Shown here piece by piece: positions 1 through 8,362 of a stretch of DNA of 35,730 nt (its first letter is position 1; every line of letters begins with the position of its first letter). The notes beneath the pieces were generated by a model. The model was given only the letters and a program-made list of their open reading frames with translations. It searched no databases and had not been told where the DNA came from. Source of the stretch: a virus (Duplodnaviria; Caudoviricetes). The stretch spans positions 1-35,730 of IMG/VR virus record IMGVR_UViG_3300027253_000006; one strand, given 5' to 3'. The position numbers and the translations under genes are program-made.

Positions 1-4
1 CAGA

Positions 5-49
5 CGGGTACACCTATGATTAACTCAGGTCAGCCCGCCCCCCCGTCCC
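5..49. repeat. Terminal direct repeat, left copy
   Basis: cgggtacacctatgattaactcaggtcagcccg(C7)gtccc also occurs at the right end with C8; either a true DTR fragment or an assembly circular overlap. Confidence 0.9.
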
Positions 50-289
50 CTTAAGACTATCCAAAAGGAGAACACAAGGACTATGGGTGACTGGGATACC
101 TGAGATAGTCACAAGGAATCTTGACAGGACAGGTGTGTGTGTGCTTACGGATACCTATAGACTACATCTGTAAAAACATTTGACAACCAATCCGGGATGT
201 GCTACTCGCGCGTGCGTACGTGTAATAAAGGAAGGGACAAGGTCATTACTTGTATGCATATAGTTAATTGAGGTCATACATATTAATCA

Positions 290-318
290 TTGTACAATGG
301 CAAAGACCTCTATATAAT
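290..318 (+). promoter_or_regulatory. sigma70-type early promoter
   Basis: TTGTAC (290-295), 17 bp spacer, TATAAT (313-318), upstream of the first early gene. Confidence 0.65.
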
Positions 319-363
319 GGACGGCATACACAGACAAACACAGCCCAACGGAGGGCGGACAAT

Positions 364-666
364 ATGAATAAGACAGACATTTTCAACCAATTGAAGCAAG
401 CTGAATACAAGCTAGATATTGAAGCAACACAAGCGTTAATCTGGGCGGAGCAGTCATACTACGTAGACGGGAACAAAGACTGGACAGACAGAGCAGAGCG
501 CAAACAAAGCGAAGCAATGGGAATGTTCAAGGCATTGAAGGAACTATTGCCAGATACATCAAGGTTAAAACTAAGTGAAGAGACAGTTGAACTAATGTGG
601 AAGCACGTAGGACTTAAACAGGAACTCAGAGAAATCAAAGAGAACTCACAGAAAGAGGTGGCATAA
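364..666 (+). CDS. Early hypothetical protein
   Basis: ORF track 268..666; ATG at 364 follows GGAGG and lies downstream of the promoter, so it is the more likely start; TAATG-coupled to the next gene. Confidence 0.75.
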   Translation: MNKTDIFNQLKQAEYKLDIEATQALIWAEQSYYVDGNKDWTDRAERKQSEAMGMFKALKELLPDTSRLKLSEETVELMWKHVGLKQELREIKENSQKEVA

Positions 667-968
667 TGAGACAGATAGAGAAAGACATAGTAGGAGCATT
701 CATTCGCGGAGAAGATGCGCGTAAAGACAACACAGTAAGCGAGGGAGGTACGTTGTATTTACACGGCAACGCCATTGCCAAACACTTTGACGGGATAATT
801 TTGGTATCAAACGCAGGTTGGGAAACACGTACCACACAGAGCAGACTTAACGCTGTGCTCCAACTGGCAGGTAAAGAGGCGCGAGTTTATACTAAAGACT
901 GGTCAATGCATATTGAACGCAATGGCAACAAGGAGGCAATGACGAGCAGTTGGTACGCTGTAAAATAA
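666..968 (+). CDS. Conserved phage early protein of unknown function
   Basis: GAGGT RBS, stop-start coupling; motifs LHGNAIA and GWETRTTQSRLNA resemble a phage family I recall but cannot name. Confidence 0.8.
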   Translation: MRQIEKDIVGAFIRGEDARKDNTVSEGGTLYLHGNAIAKHFDGIILVSNAGWETRTTQSRLNAVLQLAGKEARVYTKDWSMHIERNGNKEAMTSSWYAVK

Positions 969-972
969 TTAG

Positions 973-1001
973 TTGCAATCTGGTTGGGTATTCTGTAGAG
1001 T
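973..1001 (+). promoter_or_regulatory. sigma70-type early promoter
   Basis: TTGCAA, 17 bp spacer, TAGAGT in an intergenic gap; shares AATTAGTTGCAA with the promoter at 2879. Confidence 0.55.
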
Positions 1002-1044
1002 ACCCTTCTAAATTGAAATTAAACAGCCCACGGAGGCATTGAGC

Positions 1045-1272
1045 ATGAGAAAATTTGACAAAGATAGCAACACGCGTACCAAGATATTTGGCAAGCGGGA
1101 CTTTCAGCGAGTGCTTAAGGAGTTGAAGCAACAAGGCGCGACTGTAGAGAAAAACGAGGTCGGAGGTTATGACGTTTTGTTTGGTGAAGATATGATTTTG
1201 CAAGCGATGAATGGCACAAATACCTACTTGGTGCGGATTGATACTGACGAATTGACGGAGGCGAAGCGATGA
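1045..1272 (+). CDS. Early hypothetical protein
   Basis: GGAGG RBS at 1032-1036, ATG 1045, ATGA overlap with the next gene. Confidence 0.75.
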   Translation: MRKFDKDSNTRTKIFGKRDFQRVLKELKQQGATVEKNEVGGYDVLFGEDMILQAMNGTNTYLVRIDTDELTEAKR

Positions 1273-1481
1273 ACAACGAGAAACTAGCGGAAGAATTACG
1301 AGGAAAAGAAATTGAGGACTGTTTGTGGACTGCCTCTTGTAAACTGGAAGTATTGAAAAAGGAGACAAGCAACGAGGAAGCCGCGGAAGATTTGTGGAAG
1401 TTTGAACAACGTCTCGACAGACTGCGCGAGGAAATCAGCGAGCTATCATTTTGGCTAGTAGAACAGGAAGGCGAACAATGA
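1269..1481 (+). CDS. Early acidic coiled-coil hypothetical protein
   Basis: GGAGG RBS, ATGA overlaps on both sides. Confidence 0.75.
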   Translation: MNNEKLAEELRGKEIEDCLWTASCKLEVLKKETSNEEAAEDLWKFEQRLDRLREEISELSFWLVEQEGEQ

Positions 1482-1654
1482 AAGTATTTAATCTGGCAGA
1501 ACAACTAGCAGACTTGTATCTGGAATGGTTTAACAACTATTTGACTGTAGCAAAGTTTGCAGAGCATTATCAAGTGACGGAAAAAAACGCAGTCAATCTG
1601 TTAAACTATGGCAGACGATACCATGAGGAACGAGTAGAGAGGTTAAAAAAATGA
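1478..1654 (+). CDS. Early hypothetical protein (YLEWFNNYLTV motif)
   Basis: ATG 1478 overlaps the upstream stop; in frame with track ORF 1451..1654. Confidence 0.7.
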   Translation: MKVFNLAEQLADLYLEWFNNYLTVAKFAEHYQVTEKNAVNLLNYGRRYHEERVERLKK

Positions 1655-1800
1655 TGTATACAGTATGGGTGGGAGGCGTAGAGGTCGCAGATTACTTCGT
1701 AAGGCGTGAAGATGCCGAAGATATAGCGGAGGTGTGGCGTAACATTGGTCACACTGACGTAGCCATTGAGGAGGTTTCCGTTGATTTCTCTTGGACGTAA
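1651..1800 (+). CDS. Small early protein, 49 aa (MMYTVWVGGVEVADY...), not in the ORF track
   Basis: Manual translation; GAGG RBS, ATGA overlap, fills the operon gap. Confidence 0.7.
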   Translation: MMYTVWVGGVEVADYFVRREDAEDIAEVWRNIGHTDVAIEEVSVDFSWT

Positions 1801-1951
1801 ACTCTGGCGGCTGTGGGCGCTGTCTCTTGGTGAGAAACTAGGAGACAGCAACAAAGAGGCGGATATAGTTGCACTGATGCGTTCCGCTGTGGTAGTATTA
1901 AACTTGGTGACGTGCCTATTTATTATTGCGGGCGTAGTCCATAACTGGTAA
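1781..1951 (+). CDS. Small membrane protein (WRLWALSLGEK...EAD...HNW)
   Basis: TTG start 6 nt after GAGGAGG; hydrophobic C-terminal helix; motif resembles a small marine-phage family. Confidence 0.7.
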   Translation: MISLGRKLWRLWALSLGEKLGDSNKEADIVALMRSAVVVLNLVTCLFIIAGVVHNW

Positions 1952-1963
1952 AGAGGTGACAGA

Positions 1964-2185
1964 ATGAGTAAAGACGCGATACAACAAGCACAGCTTGAAG
2001 ATTTAGCAGAGAACACGTACAATATGCAACAGTATTTCCAAGAGTTTACAGACTTGGAGCGCGGTGAATATGATGGGGTCAATGGCTTTAACTGTGACCC
2101 AGACGGCAACGAATCGTACCAAGAGGGATACAGGACAGGCTACGAGTACGCACAAAAGATAGGAGCAGAACAAGATGACAGGTAG
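1964..2185 (+). CDS. Early acidic hypothetical protein
   Basis: GAGGTG RBS; ORF track. Confidence 0.75.
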   Translation: MSKDAIQQAQLEDLAENTYNMQQYFQEFTDLERGEYDGVNGFNCDPDGNESYQEGYRTGYEYAQKIGAEQDDR

Positions 2186-2324
2186 AGACTATTGCAGGGT
2201 CGATGATGACCCTAGTTACGACTACAGCGATTATGACGAAGGTAAGGGATACTACAAGCCCTATGATAACAATGATGATTACCATGATGATGACTTAACA
2301 GCGAGAGAACTAGACAATGATTAA
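2175..2324 (+). CDS. Asp/Tyr-rich 49-aa peptide, not in the ORF track
   Basis: AGGAG RBS; MTGRDYCRVDDDPSYDYSDYDEGKGYYKPYDNNDDYHDDDLTARELDND; overlaps both neighbours. Confidence 0.65.
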   Translation: MTGRDYCRVDDDPSYDYSDYDEGKGYYKPYDNNDDYHDDDLTARELDND

Positions 2325-2526
2325 TACTAAAATATTTGACAGACTATTGACAATTGAATTGCGGAATGGCGTAGGACTAGACTTAGAGTTCGTTGACTCC
2401 AAAGCAGTATGGGTGTATAATCACCTGACAGAGGAACACAGCACAATGCCCTTTGAGGGCGTAGTAATCCTGCTACCGTTCCTATCAATAACCTATGGCA
2501 GACCCTACACGGAGGCTGACGAATGA
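2317..2526 (+). CDS. Hypothetical protein
   Basis: ORF track; overlaps neighbours in the operon. Confidence 0.7.
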   Translation: MINTKIFDRLLTIELRNGVGLDLEFVDSKAVWVYNHLTEEHSTMPFEGVVILLPFLSITYGRPYTEADE

Positions 2527-2699
2527 GCAGATGCAAAGCCTGTGACGTTATACTGACTGAGACAGAGCTACGAAAAAAAGACAGAGTGACCGATGAGTTT
2601 CTTGACCTATGTTCTGAGTGCCATACGGCATCAGAGGAAGCGATTGAAGAGAACTGGTCAACAGCAGAAGAACGTGATATAATTAGGAGTAACAATTAA
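2523..2699 (+). CDS. Small zinc-finger protein, 58 aa (CKAC...CSEC), not in the ORF track
   Basis: GGAGG RBS, ATGA overlap, two CxxC pairs. Confidence 0.75.
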   Translation: MSRCKACDVILTETELRKKDRVTDEFLDLCSECHTASEEAIEENWSTAEERDIIRSNN

Positions 2700-2860
2700 T
2701 GAGCATACAATTAGAATTGAAAATAAACCAAGAGTCTTGCTTAAACGCGTGGGCTAAACAAAGAGCTAACGCTGACGTAGCTTGCGGTTATTGGGATAAC
2801 TGGGATTCGGCATACGAGTCTGCGTGGGATTGCATAGAGGAAGAACTAGCACAACAGTAG
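2699..2860 (+). CDS. Small Trp-rich acidic protein, 53 aa, not in the ORF track
   Basis: AGGAG RBS, TAATG coupling; MSIQLELKINQESCLNAWAKQ...WDCIEEELAQQ. Confidence 0.65.
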   Translation: MSIQLELKINQESCLNAWAKQRANADVACGYWDNWDSAYESAWDCIEEELAQQ

Positions 2861-2878
2861 GAGGATTAATAAAATTAG

Positions 2879-2907
2879 TTGCAACCAACAGTAATACATG
2901 ATATAAT
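2879..2907 (+). promoter_or_regulatory. Strong sigma70 promoter for the replication operon
   Basis: TTGCAA, 17 bp spacer, TGa-TATAAT (extended -10). Confidence 0.8.
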
Positions 2908-2918
2908 ATTTATGTAAT

Positions 2919-2990
2919 CTAAAGGATACTTAGTTATATATATTAAAATATATCCTAAAGTATCCTTAAGATACTAAAGTAATCTTTAAT
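2919..2990. repeat. AT-rich inverted repeat plus CT(T/A)AAG repeats; candidate origin or leader structure
   Basis: AAGGATACTT (2922-31) pairs with AAGTATCCTT (2958-67); inner ATATATT/AATATAT; CTWAAG at 2919, 2955, 2965, 2974. Confidence 0.55.
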
Positions 2991-3012
2991 TAACTATAAA
3001 AGGCAAATTACA

Positions 3013-3381
3013 ATGGCAGTATTAGAAGGCAACGTAGCGTTCGCAAACCTTGACGAACACGAAGAATATCAGGGTCAATCAACAGGCAAATATTCACTGG
3101 TTTTATCATTAGAACCAGAAGATGCAGATAAACTTGCTGATAAGGGTGTCAAGCTACGAGAGTACGAAGGCACAGCACAGCGTAAGTTCAGCACCAAGTA
3201 CGAAGTACCGATGTTTGATGCAGATGGCAAAGACTTTGTAGGTCGATTGACCAGAGGCTCGAAGGTGCGAGTCAAGTACGCAGAGGGTAAACCGCACCCT
3301 GTACATGGTACGTCAACGTATCTATCAGCTATCAAGGTGATTGAACTCGCAGAGGCTACCGAAGGAGGTGGTGACTTCTAA
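3013..3381 (+). CDS. ssb: Single-stranded DNA-binding protein (T7 gp2.5-like)
   Basis: OB-fold-like pattern (GKYSLVL, GSKVRV, YLSAIKVIEL), acidic tail ending in DF, position before the primase-helicase. Confidence 0.75.
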   Translation: MAVLEGNVAFANLDEHEEYQGQSTGKYSLVLSLEPEDADKLADKGVKLREYEGTAQRKFSTKYEVPMFDADGKDFVGRLTRGSKVRVKYAEGKPHPVHGTSTYLSAIKVIELAEATEGGGDF

Positions 3382-5000
3382 TGACTGACTCGCATTTTGT
3401 TAAACATGAGCCATGCCCATCGTGTGGCTCTAAGAACAATCTCGCGAGGTACTCCGATGGTCATGCCGTCTGCTTTACAGGCGGTTGTGACCACTACGAG
3501 AGGGCAACAGGCGAGGTTATAGAGAGTAAACCAAAAGCGAACAGGACATTAGAAATGGCAGGAGTAGTAGCATCAATACCCGATAGACGTATATCAGAGG
3601 CAACGTGCAAAAAGTTTGGCGTTACGGTTGAGTACGATACAGAGGGACAGATAAGCAAGCACCACTACCCATACTTTGACAAGGACACAGGCGCGCAGAC
3701 AGGGAACAAGTCACGCATAGTAAGCAACAAGGCATTCTACGCAAGCGGCACGTTTGACAACGTAGGTCTGTTTGGTCAGCAAGCGTTCAAAGGTGGTGGT
3801 AAATACATAACGATTGTAGAAGGAGAAGCAGACGCTCTAGCAGTGTCAGAGATGTTTGATGGTAAATGGGCTGTAGTGTCAATACGCTCAGGTGCATCAG
3901 GCGCAGTGAAGGACATTAAGCAGAACTTGGAATGGCTTGAATCCTTTGATAACGTGGTCATCTGTTTCGACAGTGACAAAGCAGGTCAGGAAGCATCACG
4001 CGCGGTGTTGGATTTGTTTACACCGAACAAGGCGAAGAACGTACAGCTATCTGCAAAGGACGCAGGGGATATGCTCAAGGAGCGTAACGTACAGGGATTC
4101 ATCAGGGAATGGTGGAACGCTAAGACCTATCAACCAGACGGTATCATTGCAGGACTAGATACTTGGGATTCAATCGTAGCACAGGAGGACGTTAAGTCCA
4201 TTCCGTATCCGTGGTCATGCTTGAATGATATGACCTTCGGTTTCAGGGAGAAGGAACTTGTAACAATCACCAGTGGTTCTGGTATGGGTAAGTCACAGAT
4301 TGTCAGAGAGTTGGAACACTACTTACTAGGTGCGACTGACGACAACATCGGCATACTCGCGTTGGAAGAGGACATCCCAAAGACTGCTCTAGGGATTATG
4401 AGCATCGAGGCAAACCAGACTCTACATCTGAGCCGCGACTTTAGCAGGGAAGATAAGAAGGTATTTTGGGACAAGACATTAGGCACAGGACGTATCTATA
4501 TGTTTGACCACTGGGGTTCTACCAACGAAGACAACTTACTAAGTCGCATTAGGTATATGGCGAAAGGTCTTGATTGTAAATGGATTATTCTTGACCACTT
4601 GAGCATCGTTGTGTCAGACCAAGAGAATGGTGACGAACGTAAAGCCATCGACAGTATCATGACTAAGCTACGACAGTTAGTGCAGGAGACAGGTGTTGGA
4701 TTGTTCTTGGTATCTCACCTACGCAGACCATCGGGTAAAGCACACGAAGATGGTGGACAGATTAGCTTGGCTGAACTACGTGGCTCTGCCGCAATTGCAC
4801 AGCTGTCTGATATGGTGATTGGTTTGGAACGTGACCAACAGAACAAAGACGCACAGATACGTAACACAACTACAGTACGTGTACTTAAGAATAGATACGC
4901 AGGATTAACAGGCGCGGCTTGTTACCTGTACTATGACAAAGATACTGGTCGTATGATTGAAACATCATGCCCTGTATCGGACGATAATCAGGAGTTCTAG
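3381..5000 (+). CDS. T7 gp4-like DNA primase-helicase
   Basis: Zn finger CPSC...CFTGGC, TOPRIM (IVEGEADAL, FDSD), Walker A GSGMGKS, ILDHLS, SHLRR, LRGSAAIAQLSD, KNR. Confidence 0.97.
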   Translation: MTDSHFVKHEPCPSCGSKNNLARYSDGHAVCFTGGCDHYERATGEVIESKPKANRTLEMAGVVASIPDRRISEATCKKFGVTVEYDTEGQISKHHYPYFDKDTGAQTGNKSRIVSNKAFYASGTFDNVGLFGQQAFKGGGKYITIVEGEADALAVSEMFDGKWAVVSIRSGASGAVKDIKQNLEWLESFDNVVICFDSDKAGQEASRAVLDLFTPNKAKNVQLSAKDAGDMLKERNVQGFIREWWNAKTYQPDGIIAGLDTWDSIVAQEDVKSIPYPWSCLNDMTFGFREKELVTITSGSGMGKSQIVRELEHYLLGATDDNIGILALEEDIPKTALGIMSIEANQTLHLSRDFSREDKKVFWDKTLGTGRIYMFDHWGSTNEDNLLSRIRYMAKGLDCKWIILDHLSIVVSDQENGDERKAIDSIMTKLRQLVQETGVGLFLVSHLRRPSGKAHEDGGQISLAELRGSAAIAQLSDMVIGLERDQQNKDAQIRNTTTVRVLKNRYAGLTGAACYLYYDKDTGRMIETSCPVSDDNQEF

Positions 5001-6721
5001 TGAAGAAGATTGTTTTTGATATAGAAGCTAACGGACTAAAGCCTACAAAGGTTTGGGTAATCGTTGCTTGCGACCTATCGAATCAAGAGACAGTTACGTT
5101 CTCAGGTGATACGTTGCAGGACTTCAATGCTTATATCAAAGATGCTGAGGTCATTGGTCACAACATCATTGGCTATGACGTACCAGTTCTTGAACGCTTG
5201 TTAGGTACAGACTTTAGTAGTTGTAAAATTACAGATACATTGGTATTGTCAAGACTTACTGACCCATCACGGGAAGGTGGTCACAGTTTAGATAACTGGG
5301 GACAGCGGTTGGGTTTCCCTAAAGGAGAACACAGTGATTGGACTACGTATTCGCAAGACATGGTGGAGTATTGTAAGCAAGACGTGTTGGTTAATGTCAA
5401 AGTGTACCACGCGCTACAGGGCGTACTGGCTAATTTTAGAAGCGAAAGCATTGACCTTGAACACAACGTACAGAATATTATTACTCGCCAAACAGAAACA
5501 GGATGGTTGTTAGATGAAGAACACGCATTCCTATTATTAGCGAAATTAAAGGAGAAGAAATATGAACTTGAAGACATGGTACATGAGAAATTCATACCGC
5601 TACCTACATATGTTAAACAAGTCACCCCGAAGTATAAGAAAAGTGGCGAAGCGTCTGTGGTCGGTCTTAAATTTGCAGGAGAGCAGTGGCGGGATTATGT
5701 ACAGACGTTCTCGCGCATAGACTACCCAGAGTTCAACTTAGGTTCACGTCAACAGATAGCTAGATACTTGCAGTACTTTGGTTGGAAACCAGAGAAGTTT
5801 ACAGAGAAGGGTCAAGCTATTGTCGATGAGTCTGTACTATCTAAAGTAACTGGTATACCTGAAGCCAATATGATTGCTGAGTACCTAATGGTTCAGAAGC
5901 GTATTGCACAGATACAGTCATGGTTAGATGCTGTTGCAGATGACGGACGTGTACATGGATATGTAAATGCTAACGGAGCAGTGACTGGTCGCATGACACA
6001 CTCGTCACCTAACCTAGCGCAAGTTCCTAGTTCAAGCGCACCCTATGGCACAGAGTGTCGTGCTTGTTGGACATCGCCCAAAGGCTACAAGATTGTAGGT
6101 ATGGATGCCTCGGGACTTGAGTTGCGTATGTTGGCTCACTACATGAAGGATAAGGACTATACTAATGAAATACTCACTGGAGACATTCATACAGCAAACC
6201 AGCTTGCTAGTGGTGTTGACACACGAAGTCAAGCAAAGACTTTCATCTATGCGTTCCTCTATGGAGCAGGGGATGCAAAAATCGGAAGTATCGTTGGAGG
6301 AACTGCTAGAGATGGTAAGCGACTTAAGGAGAAGTTCCTCACAAACACGCCATCTCTTAGAGACCTACGAGAAAGAGTTAGCGTGGCATCTCGAAGAGGT
6401 TATGTTCTTGGACTGGACGGGCGAAGAGTCGCAGTACGCTCAGAACACTCAGCACTAAACACGTTGCTACAATCGGCAGGTGCTATCGTTATGAAGAAGG
6501 CACTGTGTTTGTTGGACGAGTACGCTACACTGTGGAACTTAGACTACAAGTTTGTCGGTAACATCCACGATGAGATACAGACGGAGGTTAAAGAGAGTGA
6601 GGTAGATACGTTTGGTAGGCTTGCTGTTTCCTGTATGGAAGCGGCAGGTCAACACTTTAACCTTAACTGCCCACTTGCGGGCGAATATCAGATAGGAGAT
6701 AACTGGAGTGAAACCCACTAA
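5000..6721 (+). CDS. polA: Family A DNA polymerase with 3'-5' exonuclease (T7 gp5-like, Tyr762 type)
   Basis: FDIEANGL, GHNIIGYD, TGRMTH, DASGLELR, KTFIYAFLYG, LLQSAGA, NIHDE. Confidence 0.97.
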   Translation: MKKIVFDIEANGLKPTKVWVIVACDLSNQETVTFSGDTLQDFNAYIKDAEVIGHNIIGYDVPVLERLLGTDFSSCKITDTLVLSRLTDPSREGGHSLDNWGQRLGFPKGEHSDWTTYSQDMVEYCKQDVLVNVKVYHALQGVLANFRSESIDLEHNVQNIITRQTETGWLLDEEHAFLLLAKLKEKKYELEDMVHEKFIPLPTYVKQVTPKYKKSGEASVVGLKFAGEQWRDYVQTFSRIDYPEFNLGSRQQIARYLQYFGWKPEKFTEKGQAIVDESVLSKVTGIPEANMIAEYLMVQKRIAQIQSWLDAVADDGRVHGYVNANGAVTGRMTHSSPNLAQVPSSSAPYGTECRACWTSPKGYKIVGMDASGLELRMLAHYMKDKDYTNEILTGDIHTANQLASGVDTRSQAKTFIYAFLYGAGDAKIGSIVGGTARDGKRLKEKFLTNTPSLRDLRERVSVASRRGYVLGLDGRRVAVRSEHSALNTLLQSAGAIVMKKALCLLDEYATLWNLDYKFVGNIHDEIQTEVKESEVDTFGRLAVSCMEAAGQHFNLNCPLAGEYQIGDNWSETH

Positions 6722-7121
6722 AGCGGACAGGAAGAAGTTTGACCTCGACTTGCAGTACGGAGAAGTCAGGGAGGACAGGGTGGCTGAGATGCTACAGGAT
6801 AAAAAGATTGAGGTTAAATCAGAGAAGGACTTATGGCAGAAGACAGGTAACATCTGCATTGAGTATGAGTCTTGGGGCAAGCCGTCAGGCATTGAGGCTA
6901 CCGAGTCAGACTACTGGTTTCATAACCTCTGCATAGGTGACGATGAGTACTGTACATTAGTATTTAAAACACCAGTGTTAAAGAAGATTGTTAACAAGCT
7001 AGACACATTTAGAAGCGTATCAGGAGGAGACCATAACGCAAGCAGGATGCACTTGGTTAACCTTAAAAAGTTATTCTCAAGCGATGTCATTAAGGCATTC
7101 AAGGACATAGAAGATGAGTAA
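6708..7121 (+). CDS. Putative PD-(D/E)XK-fold nuclease-like protein
   Basis: IEVKSE, TGNICIEYES.GKPSGI..TESDYW. Confidence 0.6.
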   Translation: MKPTKADRKKFDLDLQYGEVREDRVAEMLQDKKIEVKSEKDLWQKTGNICIEYESWGKPSGIEATESDYWFHNLCIGDDEYCTLVFKTPVLKKIVNKLDTFRSVSGGDHNASRMHLVNLKKLFSSDVIKAFKDIEDE

Positions 7122-7995
7122 AACAATACATACATTAGTAGATGATATATACCGACTGATGGAGACAAAAGAGGCAGAAAAATCTGTAGATGTAGAAGCA
7201 GAGATTGAGAAGTTTGGTGAGAACATGAAGACTCTAATGCGTACCGAGTTCGGACGTAAGCGCATCAGAGACAACCGAACACTACGCCTGTCAAACATCG
7301 GTCGTGACGATAGGGTCTTATGGAATGTTGTTAATGGTACTGAGAAGGAAGCTATACAACCCGCAACCTACATTAAGTTTATGTATGGTCACTTGATTGA
7401 AGAGATGTTGTTGTTCCTTACACGCATGGCAGGGCACTCGGTAACTGACGAGCAGAAGGTATGCGAAGTGGAAGGTATCAAGGGACACATGGACTGTAAG
7501 ATTGATGGTATTGTTATTGATGTTAAGTCTGCCAGTTCCTTCGGGTTCAAGAAGTTTAAGGATGGTACATTGGCTATGGACGATGCCTTTGGTTACGTTG
7601 ACCAGATTAAAGCATACGCCCATGCCTGTGGTGAGACTGAGTTCGGTTGGTTGGCTATGGACAAAGCCAATGGACACCTCGCGGTACTTAAGTATGACCT
7701 AGAGGATACTCAAGCACCAATCTATAAGTACATTAAGGGGGACATTAAAGAGCGCATACGCCACGTAAAAAAGCTAGTAGGCTTGCCAGAGCCAGAAACC
7801 TTCTGTACCGACTCTGTACCAGACGGAAAATCTGGGAATATAAAATTGGGTATAAAATGCTCGTACTGTCAATACAAAAAGCACTGCTACCCAGAGGTAA
7901 GAAAGTTTGCCTACTCATATGGTCCAAAGTTCTTGATAAATGTAGAGTACGAACCCAACGTACAGGAGGTCGAAATTGAGCAAGAAAAGCGGTAA
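7114..7995 (+). CDS. Cas4-like PD-(D/E)XK exonuclease
   Basis: LRLSNIG, GHMD..IDG..IDVKSAS, Q..AY, C-terminal CSYC..KKHC. Confidence 0.85.
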   Translation: MSKTIHTLVDDIYRLMETKEAEKSVDVEAEIEKFGENMKTLMRTEFGRKRIRDNRTLRLSNIGRDDRVLWNVVNGTEKEAIQPATYIKFMYGHLIEEMLLFLTRMAGHSVTDEQKVCEVEGIKGHMDCKIDGIVIDVKSASSFGFKKFKDGTLAMDDAFGYVDQIKAYAHACGETEFGWLAMDKANGHLAVLKYDLEDTQAPIYKYIKGDIKERIRHVKKLVGLPEPETFCTDSVPDGKSGNIKLGIKCSYCQYKKHCYPEVRKFAYSYGPKFLINVEYEPNVQEVEIEQEKR

Positions 7996-8362
7996 GTTCA
8001 GGTCGGCACTGGAGAAAGAGTTTTCTAAAGAGGTCAAGAGTAAAGGGTTCAAGTACGAACCCTATGGAGTCCCTTACACAGTATACAGGACTTATATGCC
8101 AGACTTTGTACACGAAGAAAAAAAAGTCATGGTGGAGGTAAAAGGTTTCTTTCGTGTAGGAGATACCTTGAAATATAAGTCAATTCGTGATACAATATTA
8201 GAAGATGGTTACGAATTAATATTCTTACTGTCCAATGAACACAAGAAGGTACGTAAGGGCGGTAAGATTACAATGGGTCAGTGGTGTGAGAAGGAAGGCA
8301 TGAAACACTACACACTACATACCGCACAGGAACTTGTCAAATATGTTGAAGGAAAAGAATAA
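7976..8362 (+). CDS. Endonuclease I-like Holliday junction resolvase (T7 gp3-like)
   Basis: FRSALE, YE, YMPDF, VEVKG, WCEKEG. Confidence 0.9.
   Translation: MSKKSGKFRSALEKEFSKEVKSKGFKYEPYGVPYTVYRTYMPDFVHEEKKVMVEVKGFFRVGDTLKYKSIRDTILEDGYELIFLLSNEHKKVRKGGKITMGQWCEKEGMKHYTLHTAQELVKYVEGKE

Noticed and set aside
121-208. TTGACA at 121 and 180 as extra early promoters
   Set aside because: The -10 hexamers at 17-bp spacing are poor (CTTACG, TACTCG); possible but unsupported
268-363. N-terminal extension of the first ORF from TTG 268
   Set aside because: Overlaps the predicted promoter and lacks an RBS; ATG 364 fits better
635-2695. Minus-strand ORFs over the early region
   Set aside because: The + strand is fully tiled by RBS-bearing coupled genes, so these are shadows
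5000-6721. Modified-base (e.g. Z-genome) polymerase or alternative genetic code
   Set aside because: No purZ or other base-modification genes seen; all core genes are intact in the standard code
7114-7995. Cas4-like nuclease as part of a CRISPR system
   Set aside because: No array or other cas genes; solo Cas4-like exonucleases are common in phage replication modules
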